From Camelus dromedarius (lineage: Eukaryota), in assembly GCF_036321535.1 (NCBI RefSeq), contig NC_087437.1, forward strand, positions 49,912,001-49,976,000: a stretch of 64,000 nt of DNA, written 5' to 3'. This document shows, piece after piece, positions 13,986 to 25,659 of the stretch. The position numbers and the translations under genes were made by a program. Below the pieces are notes generated by a model. That model saw nothing but the letters and a program-made list of their open reading frames with translations. It had not been told where the DNA came from and did not search any database. Position 1 is the first letter of the stretch. Every line of letters begins with the position of its first letter.

Positions 13986-14419
13986 TAGGACTCCAAGGCT
14001 TTTCAGTGAACTAAAGACAAAGGTAAAGCACTTGATGCATACAAAGGTCAATTCACTTAAGCAGGCTTCTCACTGCACTTTTAGGTTACCCTGAAATGCT
14101 CTAAAATATATCAGACTGGATGACAGACCTGGGGAGACTCTTCTGATTGGGAAGAGACGTGTTTTCCTATGCCCTAGAAAGGTATCCTGTAGAAGGTGAG
14201 TGGCTATCTTTTCCTTGTACATATCCTTCTGGACCTATACTACTGTTTTTGAGGCTGTTAAAAAGTGGACAAAGTCACAACATGCAGAGGTGAGATGCAC
14301 ATATTCAGGCATTTGACCTGATCAGATTTCTGAGTTTGGGGAGACAGGAGCCAAATCTTTCCTTCTCTGCACTCTGACCTACACTGGTGACCTATCAGAG
14401 CCACATTCCTAAAATCAGT

Positions 14420-14620
14420 ATAACACAGTGAAGTCAGACTGCCCCATTTTTATTCCCTAATACTTAGCAGCTGTTCAAGTTTTAGCTTCCCATGCCTCTT
14501 TATCTCATCTGTTAGAAATGAGAATAGCCTCATAGCATCGTCCTGAGGAGTAAATAATACATGTAAAGTGCTTAGAAATTCTGGCACATAGTAATTGCTC
14601 AATAAAAGCTGAATTGTTAC
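14420..14620 (+). mobile_element. MIR fragment
   Basis: 'taatacatgtaaagtgcttagaa..ctggcacatagtaattgctcaataaa'. Confidence 0.75.
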
Positions 14621-16479
14621 TGCACTTGTTACCAGAGACTATGACCTTAAACTCTCTACTGTCCATCTCTTGAAAAATACACAATTAGGAAATATATTCG
14701 AGGAGGACAATCTGAAGGATTGCTGCCCATACATTTCTCTAAAGCAAGCCATTGTCACAAAGGCTACATGCTTAGGTCAGATCGCACTTTGACTTTGGGA
14801 GTGGGAGTTCCTTAGACAATTGCTTTTATTGAATTTACTAAATTTGGCCTTAGCCAGGCACTGAGAGGCACCATGAGAAGCAACTAAGTGAACTCACCAT
14901 CTGAGGTAGAGATGGGAAAAGTCTTTTTCATCTCACCTTGCCTCTTTATGAGGGTCCACTGGAGAAGTTTCTCCTGAGCGAGGTTTTGTTGTGAGCTCAG
15001 GGCTAAGTCTGCTCCTGCCTCTAGTACTGGACAGGACATAATGGCATGTGTTAGCCTTGGCCCTGGTTTTATTTCCATATCCATACCTTCCTTCTATCTT
15101 GACTTACCCATCTCTCTATTTTATCCTTTGGAATTCCATGTATTTTGTACATACATTTTCAAATATATTTTGGGGTTAGGGTATAAATGAATAAATAAAT
15201 AGATTAAATGATTCAAGTCATAGGAGGCCACAGAGAATTATCATATTTCAATAATGTGGTTTCTGGTGAGACAATATCCTTTTAACTTGATTTATGGTTT
15301 ATCATTAAGATAGAGCATGTTTTCATTCAATACATGTTTTAATAATCATTCTTCCATCCCTTTCCTGAAGGAGAACTTCTGCAAGATTATAGATTTAAGG
15401 CTCTGGAATACTTAATGGAAAGAAGACTTCATAATATAGTGTACACATCACAAAGAAAACATAAATCCCATCCCATCTCTGGAAATGTGCCTGTGTGATG
15501 CATGGCCTGTGTTCTCGCCGGCTGGCAGAGAAGGGACTGATTATTCGTCCTGTAACCGATGGGGGGGGGGGATGATCTAAGGAAATCTGTGGTGAACCAT
15601 TTTTATAAAGTGAAACATCCTTTTGCAACATGAATGTGAACCTTCCCCACAGTCTGCCGTGTATAAACAGTTTTTAGCTTTTAGGATTCTGTACCTCAGG
15701 TTTTCTCAAAGTCAGACCCACCATTATAAATAATTCAAATTCAGAAGGCTCAGCCCTCTGGGTGATGCCAACATTTCTTTTTGTATGGATGTTGTTTCAT
15801 TACATGGCATGATTAAATCACCGTCAATGAAGCAATAATCCCTCTGGGAAATATGAGGACAAAACCCTTCAGTGAGCTTTCAGACGCTCCCGTCTAAGCA
15901 GGAGACACACGGGCCCCTGTCCTGAGGAGCGCTGAGTGCTGTGCAGCTGCTAGAACTGAGCACTGCTGTTCCCTCTTCAGGCTCAGTTTTGGCCCTGAGG
16001 TCCAGGGTGTGGCAGGTGTGGCTGGGCACTGAGCAGGTGTCAGCAAAGGGCCCTGCACTGGGAGACCTCTCCGCAGGGAGATACTGCTCATCACAGCAGA
16101 TCTCCACCAGCCTGGCTCCCCACCCCTCTTCTCTCCCCAAAGCACATTTTATTGCCTTGTGATTTTGTGGGTGGAGGGTCCCAGGAACCTTTTTTCCTCA
16201 GTCTTTCCTAAATTTCTCATCTTTCTGGATCAGCATCTCTTTACTCCCTCCTTTTACATGAGATTTTCTTTCTAGTTCATCCATTCCCACCAAATTGCCC
16301 TTCTTTCTCACAAAAGAGTAAGAACAACCTTTTCATTTTCAGAGGGCTAGGTTTGATTTTGAGGAAAAAAAAAATTGAACTGTCTCCAAAAGGTGTCTCT
16401 GATCTTGGAATTCTCACCAGGCTCTCACTCAGATTTTTTTTTTAAATTAAAAAGTATAACTAAAATTTTTATGTTTTCT

Positions 16480-17085
16480 GTGATTAATCTTGGCATCACT
16501 AAAAATAACTGTGTGTCTCTTAAATGCAATATGAAGTATATAGCGTCACCTATTTTTTTCCTTGTATTGGGCTGTTACTTAAATACAGTGAGTTTTGAAA
16601 AATCTGTGCACCCATGTTACTGTCCCTGAATCAAGATATAGAACTTCTGCATCATCCCAGAAAATTCCCTCCTGCCCCTTTATAGTCAATCAGTATTCCC
16701 TGAAGCCAAAGTTAGCCTCTGTTTTGATTTCTAACATCATAGATTAATTTTGCAGGTTCTTGAACTTCAAATAAAGGGGACTATAGAATATGGACACTTT
16801 TGTGAATGGTTTCTTTCACTCAGTACAATGCTTTTAAGATGTATCCATACTGATGTATGTGTCACTGGTTAATTCCTGTTAAATGCTAAGTAGTACTCCA
16901 TTGTATGAATATTTTGCATTTGGTTTATTCATTCTCCTGTTGGCGGATATTTAGGTTGTTTCCAATTTGGAGTGATTGTAAATAAAGCTATTATGAACAT
17001 TCCTGTAGCGAGGCTTTTTTTGTATGTGGCCATGTGCTCTCATTTTTCTTAGGTGTATCTGTAGGTGTGAAAATGTTAGGTTACT
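16480..17085 (-). mobile_element. Ancient L1M (L1MB/L1ME-like) 3' fragment
   Basis: 'aatcaagatatagaac...cccagaaaattccctcctgcccc...ggatatttaggttgtttccaatttgg...aataaagctattatgaacatt'. Confidence 0.85.
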
Positions 17086-17089
17086 ATGG

Positions 17090-17700
17090 GATATTCTTGC
17101 CAAAAATGTTTCACTTGAGTTTAACCAGACCTATAGGCAAAATTTCTAGTTTATAGGAAACACAGGCAATAGGAGAAAAAGTCAAACCATCACCAGAAAA
17201 CAATATGACATTCTACTGAACAACTAGCCTGCAGTCATGTAAAAAAGTCACTGTTACATAAAAAAGATGTATGTTGGTGGGGAGAATGGACAGGTGGTAT
17301 TGGTTTGGATTATAAGAAACTTAGGAGTCATAACAGCTAAATGTAATTTGTGCCCTTAATTGGATCCTAGTTTTAAACAAATCCAGCTATAAAATATATG
17401 TTGAGTAAATTAAGTATGAATTGGGTTTTAGGCAATATTAGGAAATATTTGTTAATTATATTAGAGGCAATACTGGTATTGTGGTTATACCAAAAATATT
17501 CATATTTTTATTAATGCATATTAAATTGTTTAGAAGTGAAATGGCATTATGCCTGTAATTTCAAAGACTTCAACAGAAACAAAATGTATGAAGCAAATAT
17601 AGCAAATGTTAAAAATTATTAGATCTAAATGATGGCTAAGTGGATGTATATTATGTGACTATTATTTTATTATGTTTAAAATTTTTCCTAATAAAAGGAC
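17090..17700 (+). mobile_element. Ancient L1M (L1MC/L1ME-like) 3' UTR fragment
   Basis: 'ctaaatgtaatttgtgcccttaattggatcctag...ggtattgtggttat...gaagcaaatatagcaaatgtt'. Confidence 0.7.
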
Positions 17701-18649
17701 AAAAATTATTTTTGATGAGTGATAGTAACTTAATTTATTTCCATCTTGTTTTAATTCATAAAAAATAGGTCTTTTTATTTCTTTATTATAGTCCTCCACG
17801 TTGAACTCAGTGGATAGCAAAACAGAGGGCCAGTGGGGCTGCAATAACGTCTTTAAGTAAGTTTGCATTTAACAAATGTGCAATTTAAAATATTATCAAC
17901 CCAACTGGCAGTTCCTCAGACTAGATCATTACCCAGTGGGCTACAGTAAGTCATGAAGCAGAGACAGGATGATAAATTTAGATTTCAATTCTTACAGCCC
18001 CTTGCAAAAGCTGCAGGAATTTCAACCATTGAGAATTTTCAAGTCATCTCCATCTGTCTCTCCAACATGTTGCAACTCAACAGAAAGTTTATTTAACATG
18101 AGCAATTTCTGTTCACAATTTTCTAATTATGAGTATCAAATGGAGTTTCACCTTCCACCACCCCAGTGATTCATAGCATTCTGGTCGGCTAAGTTAAACT
18201 CTGTTTTGTCTGGTTAAGTGATTTGAAGTTTTGCACAAACAGATCACAACTTCTTTCTTCCCCATTCACAAAGGAAGTCCTCTTGCTCCCCTCACAGTGG
18301 TATTAATACAGGTCAGGCTTCTGCTGTCCTCATCAGCTGGTGTGCCCTCTCTACCTCAAATGAATCATCACTGTTTCACTGCTTTCTGCTATTTTAAATT
18401 TTAAATTCAGAGCGCTGCATGGTCAAAGACAGTAGGACTTTTTTCCATATAGTGCCTTCCTAATGTTTGTCGAAGAAAGGCACTTACTAGTAATTAAAAC
18501 AATAGGGATATGGAGGAAGAGCATGGTTTAAAGTAAACATTTGTTAGGGCTTAGACCTTGTGCGGAAGTCTCCGGATGGCAGGGTATGGAAGAGAATATG
18601 TAGTAAAAAGGATGAAGCCAGAATTCAAAGGATATGAATGACTACGTAA

Positions 18650-18760
18650 CATTTTTATTAGCTGGTGTGTGACCTTGGGCGAGCCATTTACCACTTCTGG
18701 GCCTCAGTTTCCTCATAGGCTCAGTCAGGAGTTTGGAGAAAATGATCTCCAAGATCATAT
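18650..18760 (+). mobile_element. MIR fragment
   Basis: 'tgtgtgaccttgggcgagccatttaccacttctgggcctcagtttcctcat'. Confidence 0.8.
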
Positions 18761-18842
18761 AAATATTAATATTTAACAACTCAAACTGAATAGGTCTGTT
18801 GGATGTCTCTGAACTAAAGATCCATTAGGATTGGGGGAACTT

Positions 18843-20040
18843 GGACGAGGCCAAGATGGCGGAGTAGTAGGACGCTCGTAGCTCACCCTCTCCCACAGAT
18901 ACACCAAGACTCACATCCATGGACCCACTCAGCCACCCAGAGCACCTGCGGAACTCCCACAGAACATTGTCTTCTTCAAAAGACAAAGATGCCAAAAATC
19001 TTGTAGGAGAAAGGAAAAAAAGAAAGACAAAAAGGCAAAACAGTGTGGGACCGGTCCCACGGGGAGGGAGCAGCAAAGGAGGACTGGCGCTCATTCGCTG
19101 GGTCTCGCCCTCTCCAACTGAGAGGCCAGCGGGACGGAGGGGGAGCCTCCGAGGCTCGGATCTGTACAGAGTAGCCCTTGACCAACAGAACTAAGTTAAA
19201 GGGCACAGAGGGTCCCTGCGACACCCAGCCCGAGACCCGAGCCGGGAGCTGGGGGCCGGGACAGGCTGCTCAAGCTGGGCGGAAGACGGGGACAGCTGTG
19301 CTGAGGCAGCCCCGGGGGACTGCAGGGGTTTGCGCAACGTGGATGAGTGGGTGCGCAGGGCAGAACAACCGGGGCCCTCCATGAAACAGCACGGCTGATG
19401 TGCCCTGGGGGGAAGGGTGCATACCCCCATCTCTGAAAACCCAGGCAAGGCTTTCGGCGAGGAGAGGCGGGGCTCAGGCGCAGCCACCATATCCTCTGGC
19501 GCTTGGCACCCAGGCGCGGGCGGGGGCGAAACCTGAATCCGAGCCTGGCGGCTGGGCAGCCTCAAAGGCCAGACAGTGACTTGTTTGCAGCCCGAGTCAG
19601 ATAGGATCCTTCCACCCTGGTGCCTCGCAAAGTTCGGGCCTCCAGGACAAACAAGGAGCTGAGTTTGGACACGGAGCAGGGGCGGGGCTGTTCCACCGTT
19701 CCACCGTCTTCCCTGGGATGCCTGCGGAGCGCAGACCCCGGGCGGAGCGCGTGGCAGCGTGGAGCTGTGGAGTGACCTGCGCCAGGAGACGGCGGCTGGC
19801 CCCCTGCGCCGAGGCGGAGCGCACAGCCGCATGGAGCCACCGAGCGACCAGCGCCAGGAGATGGCGGGTGGCCCCCCGCCTTTCCGGCAGGAACGCTGTG
19901 CTGGGAGGGGGCGCGATCTGCTTGCCAACAGGCACTGGGAGCAGCACAGACGAGGGCGCCAACGGAGGGCCTCTGGAAACAGCAAGCTGAGTTCCCGAAA
20001 CAGGGCGAAGACAAAGACTTCTCCAGGAGAACACCCCCTC
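18843..20040 (+). promoter_or_regulatory. L1 internal promoter / CpG-rich 5' UTR
   Basis: YY1 motif CAAGATGGCGG at 18852-18862, at the canonical position near the L1 5' end. GC and CpG density is high compared with the rest of the window. Confidence 0.85.
19741..19880 (+). repeat. Two diverged ~72-bp GC-rich tandem units in the L1 5' UTR
   Basis: GGCGGAGCGC starts at 19741 and 19813. Both units contain GCGCCAGGAGA(C/T)GGCGG(C/G)TGGCCCCC. Confidence 0.85.
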
Positions 20041-20063
20041 CCCCCTTTATTTAAATCTCTGTT

Positions 20064-20746
20064 TACCTGTTGTATTTTCTATTACCTTTTTAATTTTTAC
20101 TTTTTAAGCAATTATATGTCCTCCCAGTTTTAATCCCTTTAAAATTTTTCTTTTAAAATACTATTATTATTTTTAAAAATGCACATCATGTCATTTTTAT
20201 CTCTCTTGGTTTTGATCTGTTATTGATTATACACAAGTTTCAAATATACTTTTTTCCTCTTTTCTCCTTTTTTAAAGGTTTTTAAGAGACGTCTCAATCC
20301 CACTGCTATTCTGCTTCAACTTGCTCTTCAATTACTCATTATACACTGTTTTCAATCCTTTTTTTCTCCCTTCTCTTAAAATTCTCTCTTTATCTTTTTT
20401 ATCTGTTCTATTTTCTATTACCTTTTTAATTTCTACTTTCTAAACAATTGCATATGCTTCTAGTTTTAATTCCTTTTTAAATTTTTCTTTTAGTTGTATT
20501 ATTACTATTTTTTTTTAAATCCACCTGATTTCATTTTCATTTCTTTTGGTTTTGATCTTCTGTTATTAATTATAAATAGGTTTCAAATATCAATTTTTGA
20601 TCTTTTTTCCTTTTTTAAGGGTTTTTAAAAAAGACGTCTCAACTCGAATGCTTGTCTGATTCAAATTGCGCTTCTATAATTTATTATACACTGTTTTCAA
20701 ACCTCTTTTTTCTCCCTTCTTTTAAAATTCTTTCTCTCTCCTTTTT
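20064..20746 (+). repeat. Two diverged ~336-bp T-rich tandem units in the L1 5' UTR
   Basis: ATTTTCTATTACCTTTTTAATTT at 20074 and 20410. Internal anchors (GGTTTTGATCT, AGACGTCTCAA, TATACACTGTTTTCAA) recur in the same order. Confidence 0.9.
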
Positions 20747-20856
20747 TTATTTTTTAAGTTTTATTCCTACATAGGCATTAGATAGATAAATAAATAAACT
20801 CCTTTAAGGACCACAAGGGATAACTGATACTCCATAAGCCACAGTGCCAGAGAGAT

Positions 20857-21764
20857 ATGAATAAGATGAAGAAGCAGAGAAACCATTCCCAATTAAAAGA
20901 ACAAGAGAAATCCCCTGAAAGAACAATCAATGAAATAGACATTGATAGCCTACTAGATCAAGATTTCAAAAAAGGAGTGATCAAAGTATTGAAGGAACTT
21001 AAAGAGATAGTGTTTAGAGATATAAAATATGTCAAAAATGAAATTGAAGCTATAAAGAAGAGCCAAGTAGAATTGGTAAACTCATTGGCTGAGATGAAAA
21101 TGGATCTAAAGGCTGTGCAAAGCAGACTAGATCATGCAGAGGAACGAATTAGTGACCTAGAAGACAGGACAACAGAAAGCACCCAATCAGAACAACTGCA
21201 AGATAAACAAATAAAAACAAATGAAAGCAACATAAGGGACCTGTGGGATAATATAAAGTGTGCCAATCTTCACATAATAGGGATCCCAGAAGGGGAAGAA
21301 AGATCAAAGGGGATTGAAAAGGTTTTTGAAGTAATCATGACTGAAAACTTCCCAAACTTAAAGAAGGAATAGATATCCAAGTACAGGAAGTTCAAAGGGT
21401 CCCAAACAGGAAGAACCCAAACAGACCCACACCAAGACATATTATAATAAAGATGGCCAGAGTCAAAGATAAAGAAATGATTCTAAAGGCAGCAAGAGAA
21501 AAGCAAACAGTAAGTTACAAGGGAACCCCCATAAGGCTCTCAGCTGATTTCTCTACACAAACACTACAGGCCAGAAGGGAGTGGCAAGATATATTCAAAG
21601 TCCTGAATGAAAAAAAGATGCAGCCTTTATCCAGGATACTTTATCCAGCAAGGCTATCCTTTAGGATAGAAGGAGAGATAAAGAATTTCACAGACAAGCA
21701 AAAACTAAAAGAGTTTAGCAACACTAAACCCATGCTAAAAGAAATATTGAAAGGTCTACTCTAA
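20857..21764 (+). pseudogene. LINE-1 ORF1p (RNA-binding protein), frameshifted
   Basis: ORFs 20857-21372 and 21453-21764 carry a coiled coil and the motifs IGIPEGEE, ENFPNL, YKGTPIRLSADFS, ARREW and YPARLSF. The frame breaks near 21370. Confidence 0.95.
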
Positions 21765-22137
21765 ATAGAAAAGCAGCAGGATGCTACAGAAATGAGAAAC
21801 TCATAACTGGTAAGGTGATAATTCATGAATTACAAACAAAATAAACACGAAATTGTAAAAGAAGACATCTAAATCATTAAGAGTGGGAGAGGGAAGCAAG
21901 AAAATATAGAGTATTTTTTTTCTTTGTTTAATTTTTTGTTTTCAGTAGGATGGGTTTGAGATACAGTAATGGGCTAATAGACTTACAGAAAAGGGTAACC
22001 ACAAGCCAGAAACTTAAAAGGGAGTCACAAAAACTAAATAAAATCCATGATAATACAAAAGAAAATTACCAAACCACAAAAGGAAGAAGGAAGGAACAAA
22101 GAGGAAACACCAAATAAACTGCAAAGATAAGTTCAAA

Positions 22138-25100
22138 ATGGCAATAAACACACATCTGTCATTAATTACTGTAAATGTTAATGGACTAAATGCTCCAGTC
22201 AAAAGACATAGAGTGGCAGACTGGATAATAAAGCAAGAACCTTCAATATGCTGCATACAAGAGACCCACTTTAGGGAGAAGGACACATAGATTAAGAGTG
22301 AAAGGATGGAAAAGGATACTCCATGCAAATGGAAAAGCCAAAAAAGCAGGTGTTGCAGTACTGATTTCAGACAAAACAGACTTTAAAACAAAGGCCATAA
22401 AGAAAGATAAAGAAGGATATTTTATAATGATTAAAGGAGTGATACAAGATGAGGATATTACACTCATTGATATATATGCACCCAATATAGGAGCAGCTAA
22501 GTACATAAAACAATTACTAACAGAGATAAAGGGGGATATTGATGGGAATACAATCATAGTTGGAGATTTTAACACCACATTAACATCATTAGACAGATCT
22601 TCCAGACAGAAAATAAATAAGGCAACAGAGAAATTAAATAATACAATAGAAAAATTAGATTTGGTGGATATTTTCAGAGCATTACACCCTCCAAAAATAG
22701 GATATACATTCTTTTCAAGTGCACATGGAACATTTTCCAGGATTGATCATGTACTTGGGCACAAAAGAAACCTCAACAATTTTAAGAAGATAGAAATTAT
22801 CTCAAGCATCTTTAATGACCACAATGCCATGAAACTAGAAATCAACAACAGAGAAACAAAGGAGAAAAAAAGGAAAGCGTGGAGATTAAACAATATGCTA
22901 TTAAAAAACCAATGGGTCAATGAGGAAATCAAAGCTGAAATTAAAAAATACCTTGAGACAAATGAAAATGAAAGCACAACCACACAAAATTTATGGGACA
23001 CAGCAAAGGCAGTGCTAAGAGGGAAGTTTATAGCGATACAGGCCTTCCTCAAAAAGAAGAACAATCTCAAATAAACAATCTAACCCACCAGCTGAGAGAA
23101 CTAGAAAAAGAAGAACAAAAAAACCCAAAAGGCAGCAGAAGGAAGGAAATTATAAAGATCAGGGAGGAAATAAGTAAAATAGAGATTTAAAAAGCCATAG
23201 AAAAAATCAATCAAACCAAAGTTGGTTTTTTAAAAAAGTAAATAATATCAACAAACCTCTGGCCAAACTCACAAAGAAGAAAAAAGAGAGAGCACAAATT
23301 AGCAAAATAAGAAAGGAAAATGGAGAAATTACAACAAATAAAATAGAAATACAGAATATCATATGAGAATATTATGAAAAACTATATGGAACCAAACTGG
23401 ATAACCTAGAGGAGATGGACAAGTTTCTGGAAACATACTGTCCACCAAGACTGAATCAAGAAGAAACTGACCACTTGAACAAACCGATCACTGGAAATGA
23501 AATTGAAATAGCAATAAAATCCTCCCTACAAATAAAAGTCCAGGACTGGACGGCTTCACTGGGGAATTCTACCAAACATACAAAGAAGAACTCATACCAG
23601 TCCTTCTCAAACTCTTCCAGAAGATTGAAAAGGAGGGAATACTCCCAAACTCATTCTATGAAGCCACCATCACCCTGATACCAAAACCAGGCAAAGACAC
23701 TACAAAGAGAATTATAGGCCAATATCACTGGTGAACACAGACACCAAAATCCTCACCAAAATATTAGCAAATAGAATCCAACAACACATAAAAAAGTTCA
23801 TACATCATGACCAAGTGGGGTTCATCTCAGGGACACAAGGGTGGTTCGACATATGCAAATCAATCAATGTAATACATCACATCAACAAGAGAAAGGACAA
23901 AAACCACATGATCATCTCAATCGATGCAGAAAAAGCATTTGATAAAATTCAACACCCATTTATAATAAAAGTGGGTATAGAGGGAACATATCTCAACATC
24001 ATAAAAGCTATATATGACAAACCTACAGCCAGCATAGTACTCAATGGTGAAAAACTCAAAAGCTTCCCACTAAAATCTGGGACAAGACAAGGATGCCCAC
24101 TATCACCACTCCTATTCAACATAGTCTTGGAAGTCCTAGCCACAGCAATCAGGCAAGAGAGAGAAATAAAAGGGATCCAAATTGGAAAAGAAGAGGTAAA
24201 AGTGTCACTATATGCTGATGACATGTTACTATATATAGAAAACCCTAAAAGGTCCACACAAAAACTACTAGAGCTGATTGAAGAATTCAGCAAGGTAGCA
24301 GGTTACAAGATTAACATTCAAAAATCAGTTGCATTTCTTTACACTAACAATGAATCAACAGAAAAAGAAAGTAAAGAAACAATTCCCTTTAAAATAGCAC
24401 CCAAAGTAATAAAATATCTGGGAATAAATCTAACCAAGGAGGTGAAAGAATTATACACAGAAAACTATAAACCATTGATGAAGGAAATTAAAGAAGACTT
24501 TAAAAAATGGAAAGATATCCCATGCTCTTGGATTGCAAGAATCAATATTGTTAAAATGGTCACACTGCCCAAGGCAATCTGCAGATTTAATGCAATCCCT
24601 ATCAAATTACCCAGGACATATTTCACAGAACTAGAACACATCATAATAAAATTTAGATGGAACCATCAAAGACCTAGAATTGCCAATGCATTACTGAAGA
24701 GAAAGAAAGAGGCTGGAGGAATAACTCTCCCAGACTTCAGACAATACTATAGAGCTACAGTCATCAAGACAGCATGGTATTGGTACAAAAACAGACATAT
24801 AGACCAATGGAACAGAATAGAGAGCCCAGAAAGGAACCCACAAACTTTTGGTCAACTCATCTTTGACAAAGGAGGCAAGAATATACAATGGAAGAAAGAC
24901 AGTCTCTTCAGCAAATGGTGTTGGGGAAACTGGACAGCAGCATGTAAAACAATGAAGCTAGAACACTCCCTTCCAACATACACAAAAATCAACTCAAGAT
25001 GGATCAAAGACTTCAACATAAGACAAGATACAATAAACCTCCTAGAGGAAAATATAGGCAAAACATTATCTGGCATATATCTCAAAAATGTTCCCCTAGA

Positions 25101-25659
25101 ACAGTCTACTCAAGGAATAGAAATAAAAGCAAGAATAAACAAATGGGACCTAATGAGACTTACAAGCTTCTGCACAGCAAAGGAAACCATAAGCAAAACA
25201 AAAAGACAACCTACAGAATGGGAAAAAATTTTTGCAGATGAAACCGACAAAGGCTTGATCTCCAGAATATATAAGCAGCTCATACGACTTAATAAGAAAA
25301 AATAAACAACCCAATCCAAAAATGGGCAGAATACCTAAACAAGCAATTCTCCAAGGAAGATATATAAATGATCAATAGGCACATGAAAAAATGCTCAATA
25401 TCACTAATTATCAGAGAAATGCAAATCAAAACTACAATGAGGTATCACCTCACACCAGTCAGAATGGTCATCATTCAAAAATCCACAAATGACAAATGCT
25501 GGAGAGGCTGTGGAGAAAGGGGAACCCTCCTACACTGCTGGTGGGAATGCAGTTTGGTGCAGCCACTGTGGAAAACCGTATGGAGAGTCCTCAAAAGACT
25601 AGGAATAGACTTACCATATGACCCAGGAATCCCGCTCCTGGGCATATATCCAGAAGGAA
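22138..25659 (+). pseudogene. LINE-1 ORF2p (endonuclease / reverse transcriptase), multiply frameshifted and C-terminally truncated
   Basis: ATG at 22138 (MAINTHLSLITVNVNGLN). EN motifs QETH, GDFN, SRIDH; RT motifs [10 protein letters not shown] and YADD; C-domain CWRGCGE..HCWWEC. Frame breaks near 22290, 23050, 23190, 23520, 23710 and 25300. Confidence 0.96.

Noticed and set aside
16480..17700. Twin-priming inversion of one old L1
   Set aside because: The two oppositely oriented pieces both look like 3' regions of different ancient subfamilies, and no TSD is visible.
19191..19985. 264-aa antisense ORF in the L1 5' UTR (ORF0-like)
   Set aside because: It has a TTG start and low-complexity Pro/Arg/Ala content. 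Several overlapping frames on both strands are open here, as expected for GC-rich DNA.
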